Numbered from the stretch's first letter, positions 27,062-37,710 are shown. The stretch is 64,000 nucleotides of DNA from Clostridia bacterium (GCA_017453725.1 JAFTEJ010000004.1:711-64710), one strand, 5' to 3'. The notes: generated by a model from the sequence alone, not told the origin. Numbers and translations are program-made.

Positions 27062-28183
27062 TTATTTGTTCCGCATAAGGTAGTACAGTCCGACGGCAAC
27101 TGCAATGCCGATAAGAACGGCAATGGCAACGCGGAGCGGAGAAATCGGAGACTTTCCGCCAACCTTGCCGGTTTCGCCGTTGACCATAAACTGGAATATC
27201 TTCTCTTTGTATCTGAACGAAGACAACCACACCGGCAAAAGGAGATACTTATACTTAATATCAAAGTACTGTGTCGACATTCTGACGTTGTTGACGTGGT
27301 CGGCGTTATGCGCTCTGCGGACGTTATCCGAAATATCGGATTCGAGCTTTGAGGATATGTAGCCTTTACCCTTCTCCCAAGCGTCGTTAAGTCCGATCGA
27401 GTAGCGCTCTGAAATGAATCCGGCGATGTATTCGGGCTTGTACTTTTTATTATTCTCCGTATCATACGGCTCTATCGAGCGAAGGGCCTTTTCGTCGTAT
27501 CTGTTAGTGCCGCAGACGGGCTGATCGTTTATAAAACAGGAGTAATGCCCGGAGGTATTATACCAGGTTGTGGTGGTATGCGTATTCCCCTCGCTGTCGG
27601 TATACGTATGATCGATGCCGTAGCGCGCGGTATAATCGGTTTCGGTCTGAGAATCGAAGGTCCAGTAAGGCAGATACACGCCCTTGAAGGCGTCCGGACG
27701 CGCGCTCTTCTTCGCCTTGCTCGGGCAGAAGAGCTTTTTCTTTATCCATGCGGTGAATCTTTCGCCCGCGGTCTTCGCGTCGATCCTGAACGGGCATACG
27801 CCGCCGGGAGCGAGCGTATCGACACCCTTTTCCTCCATAACCTGATTGGAGCCGCAGTAGGGACAGACGTCGGCTATCTGAAGCGCGTCGTAAATGGATT
27901 CGCCTCCGCATGATTTGCAGATGACGGTCTTCTTCTCGGCGCCCCAGTCGCAGTTCCCTCTTTCCGCAGCGGAGAAGAAATCCTGCTCCAGACAGCGTTC
28001 ATCGTCCGGATCCTTATGCACTATTTCCTGCTGATGACCGCAGTACGGGCAGAGCAGTCCGCCGGAAACCGGGTCAAAATCCATAGTGCCGCCGCAGGAA
28101 GGACACTTTTTATCCGTCTCTTCCCTGGTGGTTGTTCGCTTGATTTCTTCGTAACCGTTGTTGTAATCGTTGAGTTCGCTCAC
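27062..28183 (-). CDS. double zinc-ribbon protein with a C-terminal transmembrane anchor (function unknown)
   Basis: GTG start 7 nt after GGAGGT. Two CxxC...CxxC pairs (CPSCGG...CPYCGH and CKSCGG...CPYCGS). The only hydrophobic helix is at the extreme C-terminus (VAIAVLIGIAVAVGLYYL). There is no signal peptide. Confidence 0.6.
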   Translation of the reverse strand: MSELNDYNNGYEEIKRTTTREETDKKCPSCGGTMDFDPVSGGLLCPYCGHQQEIVHKDPDDERCLEQDFFSAAERGNCDWGAEKKTVICKSCGGESIYDALQIADVCPYCGSNQVMEEKGVDTLAPGGVCPFRIDAKTAGERFTAWIKKKLFCPSKAKKSARPDAFKGVYLPYWTFDSQTETDYTARYGIDHTYTDSEGNTHTTTTWYNTSGHYSCFINDQPVCGTNRYDEKALRSIEPYDTENNKKYKPEYIAGFISERYSIGLNDAWEKGKGYISSKLESDISDNVRRAHNADHVNNVRMSTQYFDIKYKYLLLPVWLSSFRYKEKIFQFMVNGETGKVGGKSPISPLRVAIAVLIGIAVAVGLYYLMRNK

Positions 28184-28215
28184 AAAGAATACCTCCAGTA
28201 ATTATTAGATTAGTA

Positions 28216-31200
28216 TCAAAGCCCCACGGCTCTTCTGAGAATCGCAAGTGCATCCGCCACGGTGATCTCTCCGTCCCCGTCAATATCGATCGCGGCGGTA
28301 ACCTTTTCGGTCGGGGTGTAAAGCCGCGCCGCGGCACGCAGAGCCAAAAGCGCGTCAGAGACAGTGATGACACCGTCGCCGTCCGCGTCTCCCTCAAGAG
28401 GCGTTGTATCCACCACGGTAAAGTTGACCTCGGTGGTGAATTCATCGTATCCGTTTACGACCTTGAGCGTGTATTCGCCGGGCTTGGTAATCGGCTTCCC
28501 CGCGTCGTAATACTCTCCGTTGAGATACGCGACGTGACCGTCGTTCCAGGTCGCGGCGACCGCGCCGTCATAGAGATCGTAGGTCTCCCCTTCCTCAACT
28601 CCGCTTATTATCGGAGCGGCAAGCGGCACGAACTCGAGCTTGGAGCTTGTCGCCGCGTAGGTTTCCGCAGCGGTGCCGGGATAACCGTAAACCTTGACGT
28701 TGTAATAAGGATTGCGCAGGCAGCTCGCGTTGACCGTCGTAGCGCTGCGCGGAATATAAACGCGCTCAAGAAGATACGCGGAGTCGGAAACATTCGAATT
28801 GATCTTCTCGACGCCTTCCGCAAAAATGAAACATCTGTTCCCTATCGTTGACGGGAAGGTCGTTTGCGGCACCGTGGTCATACCGCCGCCTATCTTTATG
28901 TATCTTGTTCCGCGAACGTAGCGGAACGCGGACGTCGAAATCGTCTTGACGCTGTCGGGAATATCAACGTATATAAGGCTGAGACATCTCTCAAAAGCGG
29001 AAGTACCGATATACTCAAGCCCGTCCGGCAGCTCGAGGACCTCGAGGGACGCGCACTCGCTGAACGAGTAGTTGCCTATGCGCTTCAGCGTTGAAGGCAG
29101 ACGCAGCTTCATATGGCGGACGGTCCTGCCGTAGTTCGCAAAGGCGTAATCCGCTATTTTCGTTACGGGGTAGCCGTCGATGTAATCCGGTATGTAGAGA
29201 TACTCCGCTCCTGTCTTGCAGGAGTTTATCGTGACGGTTTCATCGGCGTTTACCGTATACAGGAAATCGCGGGTCGTGGCGTTTTCATCAACGGTAACGG
29301 CAACCGCCGCTGAGACCTCGCCGGTATCGGCGTTGACAAGGCGGATCCTGCAGCTCCCCGCTTTTTCGATATACGTACGCATAAGCGTGCTTTCGTAAGG
29401 CGCGTCGAGCGTTTCGACGCCCATCTTGAGCTGACTTACCGGTATTCTGACGCTGCTTTCTTCGGAGGTGTTGAGTATCTCGACGAAGACGTTATCCGCG
29501 AGTATCGAAACCTCCGCCTTGATATAAATCCAGCCGTCGCGGAAAACTTCCGCGGAATCGGCGTAGGTGTCGCCGTCTGCGGAAATCGAAACCGCACGGA
29601 ATGAAGGCTCGGCGCTTTCTCCGGTAAGCTCGGCGAGCGCCGCCGAGACCATAGTGCTCGTAGCATATTTCAGCGAATAGACCTTCTTTGCGTTTTCGAG
29701 CTTTTCGTCTTGATCGACGTATTCTTCTATCGCCGCTTTGAGCGCGGATTTATCTACGCTCTCGGGCAGCTCCCAGCGGTTGATACAGTTCGGCAGCGAG
29801 ATCTCCGCTGCCAATACATACCTGCTGTCCGGAGTGAAGCAGATTCTTGACGAAATATGCCCCTCGGAGCGGAGATCCTCCTTCTGCAGGAGAGTGCTGA
29901 TATACGTGCCGTCCGCCGCGAAAAGCTTCAGCGTGTGATCGAGCGACGCGACGACTATATACCTGCCGTCCGGAGAATAAGAGGCGTCGTTTATGATTCC
30001 GGAGAATCCGCCGAGCAATGATACGCATCTGCCGCTTTCAACGCTGTAAACGCGCGCGGCGGTATCGTTGCTGTTCGTGACGATGTATTTGCCGTCCGGT
30101 GAGAACGCGAGCGTTCTTATCGAGCTTTCGTTGACGGTATCAAGACGACTGACGGCGTTTTTGCCTGCAACACTCCAGAACACGACCTCACCGAGCTCAT
30201 CCGCGGTCGCGAGCAGAGCGCCGTCCGGAGAAAAGAGACAGCGGTTGATGGCTTTCGTATGCTCCGAAGTGAAGCGGGCGTATTCGCTCCAGTCCCCGGT
30301 GTTGAAGATGAAGACGCCGGCGCTTGTGGTTGTTACGGCAAGCTTCGTTCCGTCAGGCGAAAGGTCGATGGAAAGCGGATCGCTTTCAACAAATATTTCA
30401 TAAGACTTTGCGCCCGACGTCGCATTGAAGACTCTGACGTAATGGGGTTCTGTTACGGAGTTGTTTATGGGATTCTTGAGTGTCTGCGCGCCTCCGTTGA
30501 AGCCTCCGGTCACTATATACTGACTGTCGGCAGTGAAGCAGAGCGAATACTGCATGGTCGCGCCGTTATGTATCTTGACCGGCGCTTTCGAGAAATCCGA
30601 GGTATCATATATGATAATCGAACCGGTCATAGTCGCAGCGGCAACCTTTTTGCCGTCCGGCGAATAAGCGACGGAAAGGAAGGCGTTGTACTTTTCCGTC
30701 GATACGGTATCGAGCAGTTCGTTGGTACGCGGGTCATACACGCATAGGAAGCCCGCCTGATCCGCCATTACAGCCTGCGTGCCGTCCGGGGAGATCGCCA
30801 TCGGGAAGTTATACATAAAGCTGTTGTAATTCTTCCCCATATACTCGACCGTGCTCGCTCTTTGCACAGACGAGGCGGCCGTAAAGTCGGGAGTTTCATC
30901 GGTGAACTGCTCCCTGCGGACGGAAACGCGGACGTAATCGACGACCATTTCCCTGTCGTAATACTCGTACTGCGGGTAAATAACGCAGGAGCCGTCGCCC
31001 TGTATACCGCCGGATGAAAGAATGATATATCTCGGAACGTCGCCGTAAGCGAACTTTATGCCGTCGTTAACGAGATTGAGCGTAACGATCAGCGCGCCGT
31101 CAAAGTACATCCTTACCTGATCGTTATCTATCTCAACGGCGTAATCGTGGTAATCCTGATCGAGGGAAATTTTATTTTCGGAATAGATATAAAGCGGCTT

Positions 31201-32967
31201 CGCCCATTGCGACTTCCCGTCCGCATCGGTCCAGTGGAACGTTGCTATCTGCTGACCGTAAAGATCGTCGCCGTATTGCTGATAGTCTTTGTGCTGAACG
31301 GGCATCTCCATTAGATCGATCTCGGAACGCGCCATATTCATGGAATCGACCGGCATAAGCCAGATTGCGGGCCACATTCCCATACCCTTCGGCATCTTGG
31401 CGCGAATCTCGAATTTGCCATAGCTCATCGCGTATTTGCCGTTGGTCTTGAGATGCGGAGCTTTTGACTGGTAGCCGTTATAGTCGCCGGCATAAGTGCG
31501 CAGGATAAGGTTACCGTCCTCGAGGAAGGCGGTGTCGTCCGAATCGACGTAAAGGGCGCTGTTGCCGCCGCCGAAGAAGAAGCCGCTGTCCGCCTGCCAG
31601 ATCGAATCATCAAGCTTATCGCCGTCGAATTCATCGCTCCAGGTGCTGACGTATTCGCCGTCGTTCACCTTGACGAGAATGAACTTTTTATATGCAGTCG
31701 AGCTTGTTACCTTAAGCGTAGTGCCGGTATAGGTAAGCCTGCCGACGTTTCTCACCTGAATGGTAAACTCTCCCCTCGCGGCGGAAAGCGAAAACTCTTC
31801 GTAAATATCGTTATAATCGACTTGAGCGAACTCAAGCGAAGCCGCCGAAGGCATTCTCATCGCGCAGGCGCTCGCCTTGCTTATTATTCTCAACGTGCCG
31901 TTGCCGGAAGGGTCGGGAGAAAGCTGCCAGAGCTGGGTCAGAAGACCCTCCTGACTCGGCTCGATGCTGAAGCTCATATTCTGATCGACCGTGGCAACGT
32001 TGCCCGTGTGAGGCGGCCAAAGGAGAGCGGTCTCGTCCGGAATCGGGCCGAGAGTGATCGCCTTCGGGGAGTCGGTGCCGTAAGAATCGACAGTATAGAT
32101 TTTGTAATAAGCGTTATCAACGATAGCGCCTCTGGTGTTTATTTTCTGCTCAGAATACGCGACGCGCTTCGACACATCGACAGCTTCGCGGTATGCGCAA
32201 AGCCCGGCGATACGGAGCAATGACGTACCGTCGCATTCGACGCGGATATAGTTCATAAGTCCGTTGGTTTCGATTTCCGCGACGTCCGTATCGGGGATGA
32301 AGAAGTAATACGGAACGGTGATATAGCCTTCGTCGCTTACGGGAATATCGGAAACGGTAAGAGAATAGTTATCCGAAGCCGAGCGCTTGCCGACCGTCAG
32401 CGAAAGCCTTGACGGCGCGTCGACGCTCACCCAAAGCCGGAGCCCGTCCGTATCCGACATATCCATTCCGAAGGGAGATGCACCTGCAATACCTCCGGTC
32501 ACGCCGTTATCATAAACGACAACACCGTCTCCGGTCACTTCAACGGACTGCGCGGCGTCTTCCGGCTTGTGCTCCGGATCAAGGCGCAGTGTACCGACCG
32601 ACGACGTCATAAGCGCCGTATCCTCCGCAGTCAGAGTATCGAACGAAAGCAGCCTGACGTCCTCGCTTCCCTTCATAGGCGCGAGAAGCTCAACACCCGA
32701 GGAAAGCTCCGCGATAACGGCGTAAAGCTCTTCATCCGTGGCGAATTGATCATATATCGCCGCTTCAGCGCGAAGATACCTGTCGTAAAGATACTTTTCC
32801 GTCTGCTCGGTATTGTCTTTGAAGAGCAGCGGACGCGCTGACTCCATAACCTCCGAAAGCTGCAGACGCAGCTGATCGGTCCGTATCTCCGCGGTAATGA
32901 CCGCCGCCGGAAGCAGCGACACAGAGAACGCGAAAAGCACAAGCGTGGTTATGACTCTCTTGAACAT
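28216..32967 (-). CDS. 1583-aa secreted multidomain protein (paralogue B1): lectin + GH16 + propeller + LRR + dockerin
   Basis: Domain order matches the A pair, but the sequence is more divergent. GH16 motif SEIDLMEMPV with WSDEFDGD and WPAIWLMP. Propeller blades include YSPDGKKVA, LSPDGTKLA, FSPDGALLA, FSPDGKYIV and YSPDGRYIV. LRR_5-like repeats (IADYAFANYG, IGNYSFSECASLEVLELP, IGTSAFERCLSL). Dockerin loops DADGDGVITVSDA and DIDGDGEITVADA. Confidence 0.8.
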   Translation of the reverse strand: MFKRVITTLVLFAFSVSLLPAAVITAEIRTDQLRLQLSEVMESARPLLFKDNTEQTEKYLYDRYLRAEAAIYDQFATDEELYAVIAELSSGVELLAPMKGSEDVRLLSFDTLTAEDTALMTSSVGTLRLDPEHKPEDAAQSVEVTGDGVVVYDNGVTGGIAGASPFGMDMSDTDGLRLWVSVDAPSRLSLTVGKRSASDNYSLTVSDIPVSDEGYITVPYYFFIPDTDVAEIETNGLMNYIRVECDGTSLLRIAGLCAYREAVDVSKRVAYSEQKINTRGAIVDNAYYKIYTVDSYGTDSPKAITLGPIPDETALLWPPHTGNVATVDQNMSFSIEPSQEGLLTQLWQLSPDPSGNGTLRIISKASACAMRMPSAASLEFAQVDYNDIYEEFSLSAARGEFTIQVRNVGRLTYTGTTLKVTSSTAYKKFILVKVNDGEYVSTWSDEFDGDKLDDSIWQADSGFFFGGGNSALYVDSDDTAFLEDGNLILRTYAGDYNGYQSKAPHLKTNGKYAMSYGKFEIRAKMPKGMGMWPAIWLMPVDSMNMARSEIDLMEMPVQHKDYQQYGDDLYGQQIATFHWTDADGKSQWAKPLYIYSENKISLDQDYHDYAVEIDNDQVRMYFDGALIVTLNLVNDGIKFAYGDVPRYIILSSGGIQGDGSCVIYPQYEYYDREMVVDYVRVSVRREQFTDETPDFTAASSVQRASTVEYMGKNYNSFMYNFPMAISPDGTQAVMADQAGFLCVYDPRTNELLDTVSTEKYNAFLSVAYSPDGKKVAAATMTGSIIIYDTSDFSKAPVKIHNGATMQYSLCFTADSQYIVTGGFNGGAQTLKNPINNSVTEPHYVRVFNATSGAKSYEIFVESDPLSIDLSPDGTKLAVTTTSAGVFIFNTGDWSEYARFTSEHTKAINRCLFSPDGALLATADELGEVVFWSVAGKNAVSRLDTVNESSIRTLAFSPDGKYIVTNSNDTAARVYSVESGRCVSLLGGFSGIINDASYSPDGRYIVVASLDHTLKLFAADGTYISTLLQKEDLRSEGHISSRICFTPDSRYVLAAEISLPNCINRWELPESVDKSALKAAIEEYVDQDEKLENAKKVYSLKYATSTMVSAALAELTGESAEPSFRAVSISADGDTYADSAEVFRDGWIYIKAEVSILADNVFVEILNTSEESSVRIPVSQLKMGVETLDAPYESTLMRTYIEKAGSCRIRLVNADTGEVSAAVAVTVDENATTRDFLYTVNADETVTINSCKTGAEYLYIPDYIDGYPVTKIADYAFANYGRTVRHMKLRLPSTLKRIGNYSFSECASLEVLELPDGLEYIGTSAFERCLSLIYVDIPDSVKTISTSAFRYVRGTRYIKIGGGMTTVPQTTFPSTIGNRCFIFAEGVEKINSNVSDSAYLLERVYIPRSATTVNASCLRNPYYNVKVYGYPGTAAETYAATSSKLEFVPLAAPIISGVEEGETYDLYDGAVAATWNDGHVAYLNGEYYDAGKPITKPGEYTLKVVNGYDEFTTEVNFTVVDTTPLEGDADGDGVITVSDALLALRAAARLYTPTEKVTAAIDIDGDGEITVADALAILRRAVGL

Positions 32968-33018
32968 AGTATCCTCCGATCCGAACGCATAGCGTTCACA
33001 AATTTGCGGTTAATCCTT

Positions 33019-36000
33019 TTATAGTCCTACGGCCATCCTGAGTACGTCGAGAGCGTCCGCGACGGTAATCTCGCCGTCGGCGTCAAGGTCGATCGCGGCG
33101 GTTACTTTCGCGGTCGGCGCGTAAAGCTTCGCGGCAGCCCGCAAGGTCAGAAGCGCGTCGGAAACCGTGACAACGCCGTCGCCGTCCGCATCGCCTTTAA
33201 CCGGCGTTGTATCGACAACGGTGAAGCTCACCTCTGTTGTGAACTCTTCGTATCCGTTAATAACTTTGAGCGTATATTCCCCGGGCTCCGTTACGGCTCC
33301 GCCCGCGTAATAAGTCTTGCCGTTCAGATACGCTATATGTCCGTCGTCCCAGGAGGCCGCGACGGGTCCGTCGAAAAGGTCGTACGTTCCGCCGTCCTTA
33401 ACGCCGCTGATAACGGGAGCCGCAAGCGGCACGAACTCAAAAGAAGCGTTGTTTGCGGCGAATGTTTCGGCGTAAGTGCCGGGGTAACCGTAAAGCTTCA
33501 CGGTACCGAGCATACTGACGGCAAAGCTTCCGTTGATGCTCGTTACGCTGCGCGGAACATAGACCCTGCCCAGCAGTCTTGCCGGATAGGATATATAAGA
33601 CGAAATCGTCTTTACTCCCTCGTCGAATATGAAGCAGCGGTTGCTGACGGTCATATAAAACGTATAGCCGGGAACGTTAGCGAGTCCGCCTCCGACTCTT
33701 ATATAGGACGTGCCGCGGGCGTAATAGAACGCGTCGCTTCCTACCGTCTTCACGCTTGAAGGAATATCTATGTGCGATAGAGACAGACATCTTCCGAAGG
33801 CGTAAGCGCCTATCGATTCCAGCCCTTCCGGAAGATTGAGTTCTTCAAGCGACGTGCATTCGTAGAAAGCGTAGTTGCCTATCGACTTCAAAGTACGCGG
33901 AAGACTGAGCTTCATATGCAGCACGGTCTGACCGTAATTCTGGAACGCGTAATCCCCTATCGCAGTTACGGGGTAACCGTCTATGTAATCGGGTATATTC
34001 ACGCTTTCACCGCCGCATTTCGCGCCGGTTATCGTGACCTTGCCGTCCGAAACGGTGTAAAAGAAATCGCGCGTGGTCGAAACATCGCTGACGAAGACGG
34101 ATGCGCTTTCCGAGACATTGCCTTCGGAATCGGTGAGATAAACCGTGTATTCTCCGCCTTCGTCCGGATGCAAGCCCAGCAGGTGCCTGATATAACCGCC
34201 GCCGGCATCCTCGGACGAAAGCTTTATACTGTCGATCGGGATTATGCTCGGATCGTCAAGCCCCTTCTTGACGGCCAAGAATGCGGAAGAAGCGCGCGAA
34301 ACCTCGACGGTGACATAGAGCCGGCCGTTGCGGTAAATCGAAGCCGAATTGCCGAACGCGACTCCGTCGGCGGAAACGGCTATCGCGCCGAAAGGAGCCG
34401 GGAGCGGTTCTCCCGTAAGCGCCGCGACCGCTTCGGCTGCCGCTTTGGCGGAAGCGTACTTCATAGCGTAAACCTTCCGCGCGTTATCGAGCGCGGGCGT
34501 CTTTCCGGCGCAGGCGTCTATCGCCGCCTTAAGCGCGGACTTGTCCGTTTCAGCGGGCAGCTCCCACCTGTTGACGCAGGACGGGAAGGAATAGCTTGAC
34601 GCGTAAATATATCTGCTGTCGGGCGTGAAGCATATTTTAGATGAAATATGCCCTTCCGAATACGTATGCGAACCGAGGAGCAGCGTGCTGACGTAAGTCC
34701 CGTCCGCGTAATAAAGCTTCATCGTGCGGTCGAGAGAAGCGGCGGCGACGAATCTGCCGTCCGGCGAATACGCGACCTCGTGTATCTGCCCGGCAAAACC
34801 GCCGAGCAGCGATACACAGCGCCCGCTTTCAACGCTGTAAACTCGCGCCGCGCTGTCGGTGCTTGTGGTAACGATACGTTTTCCGTCCGGCGACCAGGCG
34901 AGCTTTCTTACGGAGCTTTCGTTGACCGTGTCGAGGCGGCGCACCGCGTTCTTGTCCGCTACGCTCCACAGAACGACCTCCCCGGCTTCATCCGACGTCG
35001 CTAGCAGCGAGCCGTCCGGAGAAAAACGGCAGAACTGAACGGTGTTCACGTGCTCGGTGGTAAAGTGAGCGTATTCGCTCCAGTCTGCGGTGTTGAAGAT
35101 GAACACGCCGGCGCTTGTCGTGGTGACCGCAAGCTTTGTTCCGTCGGGGGAAAGATCCGCCGATAGCGGATCGCTCTCGATAAAGAGCTCGTTTTCCAAC
35201 GCTCCGGTATCGGCGTTGAAGACTCTGATGTAATGCGCCTTTGTGACGGAGCTGTTGTTGGGGTTTTTCAGCGTCTGCGCTCCGCCGTTGAAGCCGCCGG
35301 CTATAAGATGTCCGCCGTCCTTTGTGAACGTCAGGCAGTAATGCATGGTCGCGCCGTTGTTTATCCTGACAGGCGCCTTGGAAAAGTCGGAAGTGTCATA
35401 TATGAGAACGGAACCGTTCATAGTGCCGGCGGCAAACTTACCGCCGTCCGGCGAATAGGTCGCCGTGATGAAGGATCTGTAGCTTGTCGTCGTCGGAACC
35501 AGCTGCAGAGTTTCACCCGTGCGCGGGTCGTATACGCAGAGTATGCCTGACTGATCGGCCATTACTCCCTGCGTTCCGTCGGGCGAAACATCCATCGGGA
35601 AGCTCGACATAAAGAAGTTGGAATCCCTGCCGAGATACTCGACTCCCCTTGAGCCGACCACCGAATACTCGCTGGTGAAATCGGGCGTATCGTCCGTCCC
35701 CTGCTCGGAACGGATATAAGCGCGGACGTAATCGACGCGCATCTCTCTGTCGCCGTAATACTCGTTGGGATCGAGAACGGCGTTGGTTATGCCCTCGATA
35801 CCGCCGGAGGAAAGAATAATATATCTGGCGACGTCTCCGTAAGCGAACTTCTTGCCGTCGTCGTCGAGATTGAGCGACATAATAAGCGCACCGTCAAAGT
35901 ATAAGCGCACCTGATCGGTATCCAGCTCGACCGCGTAAGTATGATAGTCGTTCGATAGAGCCTCATAGTTTTCCGAATATATGTCAACACGCTTGTCCAT

Positions 36001-37710
36001 ATATTCGGTGCCTGCCGGATTAGTCCAGTGCAGGGTACCGATCTGGCGGGCGTAGAGCTTATCGCCCATACCGCCGTATTCGCTCGCGGTGACAGGCATC
36101 TCCATGAGGTCGATCTCTGAACGCGCCATATTCATCGAATCCACGGGCATCATCCAGATTGCGGGCCACATACCGAACCCGTGCGGCATCTTCGCGCGGA
36201 TCTCCACGCGTCCGTAGCTTATCGCGTACTTACCGCTCGAGAGAATATGCGGAGCGACGGATTCATATCCGTTGTGATCTTTGTTCAGCGTTCTGAGGAC
36301 GAGATCGCCGTCCTCAAGGAAAGCGGTCTCCTCGGAATCTATATAAAGCGAGGTGTTCGTGCCGCCGAAGAAGAAACCGGTATCGGCGCGCCATATGTTG
36401 CTGTCGAGCTTGTCGCCGTCGAACTCATCGCTCCATGTCTGAATATAATCGCCGTCGTTGACCTTGCATACGACAAACTTCTTGAAGGTGTTGGACGCCG
36501 TGCCTTTCACGGTCGAGCCGGCGTAGGTCAGCTTCGCGACGCCGCGCACCTGCAGAGTAAACTCCCCTCTTGACGCCGTGAGCGCAAATTCCTGCGTCGA
36601 ATCATTGTAATCAAGCTCCCCGTAAGTGAGTATCGTCGAAGAGTTACCCATCTCCATCGCGTAACCGGTAGATTTATTAACGATTCTGAACGTCGAATTT
36701 CCCGACGGATCCGGAGTGAACTGCCAAAGCTGCTTCAGGTCGCCCTCAACTGCGCTTTCGAGCGTAAACGTCGTTGCGTTCTGTCCGTAAGTCATCGTAA
36801 CGGCCTTGGGGTCGTCGGTGCCGTAGGAGTCGACGGAATAGAGTTTGTAATATACGTTATCGATGATGCCTCCGCGGCTCGTGACGCGTTCCTCGGAATA
36901 AGGCGTACGCCCGGAAACGTCGACCGTTTCGCGATACGCGTGAAGATCTGCGACGCGCAGAACGCCCGCGCCGGAACACTCGACGCGGATATGGTTCATC
37001 AGGCCGTTGGTGTTGATTTCGGCGCCGTCGGCGTCGGGTATGAACATATAGTAAGGTATCGTCAGATACCCTTCATCAGAGACGGGAATGTCCGAAGCGG
37101 TAAGCGAGAACGACTCGCCGTCGGAGAGTTTACCGATGGTCAGAGAAAGCGTACACGGCGCGTCGGGACTTACCCAGAGGCGCAGTCCGTCGGTGTCGAA
37201 CATATCCATCCCGAAGGGAGACGCGCCGACGATCCCGTTCCCGGCGGAGTTGTCATAAACGCAATCGCCGTCGGAAGCTATCGCCAGCGACTGCTTCGCG
37301 GTCTGCGGCTTGTTCTCCGTATCGACGCTTACAACGCCGACGTTGTTCGTCATCAACGCGACGTCATCGGCGGTGATATAATCAAACGACATCAGCTGAA
37401 CGCGCTCGCTCCCCTTCATCGGAGCGAGGAGATCAACCGCGTGACAAAGCTCGTCCGCAAGCGCGAAAAGCGTTTCCGCGTCAGCGTCCGCTTCAAACAG
37501 AGCGGCTTCCGCGCGGAGAACTCTGTCGTAAAGATACTTTTTCGTCTGCTCGCTGTTGTCCTTGTAGAGAAGCGGCCGCGCGTATTCCGTAAGCTCGGCA
37601 AGCTGCGCCAGGAGCGCGGCTGTATCGCCCTCCGCGGTTATCCACGCCGAAGGAAGCAGCGACACTACCATCACAAGTATTACAAATGCGGCAATCGTTT
37701 TCTTAAGCAT
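33019..37710 (-). CDS. ~1563-aa secreted multidomain protein (paralogue B2), same architecture as B1
   Basis: The ORF is listed to 37719 (GTG), but the ATG at 37710 (MLKKTIAAF) sits 5 nt after AAGGTGG. It is collinear with 28216..32967. GH16 motif SEIDLMEMPV. Dockerin loops DADGDGVVTVSDA and DLDADGEITVADA. Confidence 0.8.
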   Translation of the reverse strand: MLKKTIAAFVILVMVVSLLPSAWITAEGDTAALLAQLAELTEYARPLLYKDNSEQTKKYLYDRVLRAEAALFEADADAETLFALADELCHAVDLLAPMKGSERVQLMSFDYITADDVALMTNNVGVVSVDTENKPQTAKQSLAIASDGDCVYDNSAGNGIVGASPFGMDMFDTDGLRLWVSPDAPCTLSLTIGKLSDGESFSLTASDIPVSDEGYLTIPYYMFIPDADGAEINTNGLMNHIRVECSGAGVLRVADLHAYRETVDVSGRTPYSEERVTSRGGIIDNVYYKLYSVDSYGTDDPKAVTMTYGQNATTFTLESAVEGDLKQLWQFTPDPSGNSTFRIVNKSTGYAMEMGNSSTILTYGELDYNDSTQEFALTASRGEFTLQVRGVAKLTYAGSTVKGTASNTFKKFVVCKVNDGDYIQTWSDEFDGDKLDSNIWRADTGFFFGGTNTSLYIDSEETAFLEDGDLVLRTLNKDHNGYESVAPHILSSGKYAISYGRVEIRAKMPHGFGMWPAIWMMPVDSMNMARSEIDLMEMPVTASEYGGMGDKLYARQIGTLHWTNPAGTEYMDKRVDIYSENYEALSNDYHTYAVELDTDQVRLYFDGALIMSLNLDDDGKKFAYGDVARYIILSSGGIEGITNAVLDPNEYYGDREMRVDYVRAYIRSEQGTDDTPDFTSEYSVVGSRGVEYLGRDSNFFMSSFPMDVSPDGTQGVMADQSGILCVYDPRTGETLQLVPTTTSYRSFITATYSPDGGKFAAGTMNGSVLIYDTSDFSKAPVRINNGATMHYCLTFTKDGGHLIAGGFNGGAQTLKNPNNSSVTKAHYIRVFNADTGALENELFIESDPLSADLSPDGTKLAVTTTSAGVFIFNTADWSEYAHFTTEHVNTVQFCRFSPDGSLLATSDEAGEVVLWSVADKNAVRRLDTVNESSVRKLAWSPDGKRIVTTSTDSAARVYSVESGRCVSLLGGFAGQIHEVAYSPDGRFVAAASLDRTMKLYYADGTYVSTLLLGSHTYSEGHISSKICFTPDSRYIYASSYSFPSCVNRWELPAETDKSALKAAIDACAGKTPALDNARKVYAMKYASAKAAAEAVAALTGEPLPAPFGAIAVSADGVAFGNSASIYRNGRLYVTVEVSRASSAFLAVKKGLDDPSIIPIDSIKLSSEDAGGGYIRHLLGLHPDEGGEYTVYLTDSEGNVSESASVFVSDVSTTRDFFYTVSDGKVTITGAKCGGESVNIPDYIDGYPVTAIGDYAFQNYGQTVLHMKLSLPRTLKSIGNYAFYECTSLEELNLPEGLESIGAYAFGRCLSLSHIDIPSSVKTVGSDAFYYARGTSYIRVGGGLANVPGYTFYMTVSNRCFIFDEGVKTISSYISYPARLLGRVYVPRSVTSINGSFAVSMLGTVKLYGYPGTYAETFAANNASFEFVPLAAPVISGVKDGGTYDLFDGPVAASWDDGHIAYLNGKTYYAGGAVTEPGEYTLKVINGYEEFTTEVSFTVVDTTPVKGDADGDGVVTVSDALLTLRAAAKLYAPTAKVTAAIDLDADGEITVADALDVLRMAVGL

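Noticed and set aside
12834-37710. A possible diversity-generating retroelement or phase-variation system acting on the four paralogues.
   Set aside because: The window has no reverse transcriptase, template repeat, invertase or flanking inverted repeats. The divergence is spread along the whole genes, as expected for ordinary paralogues.
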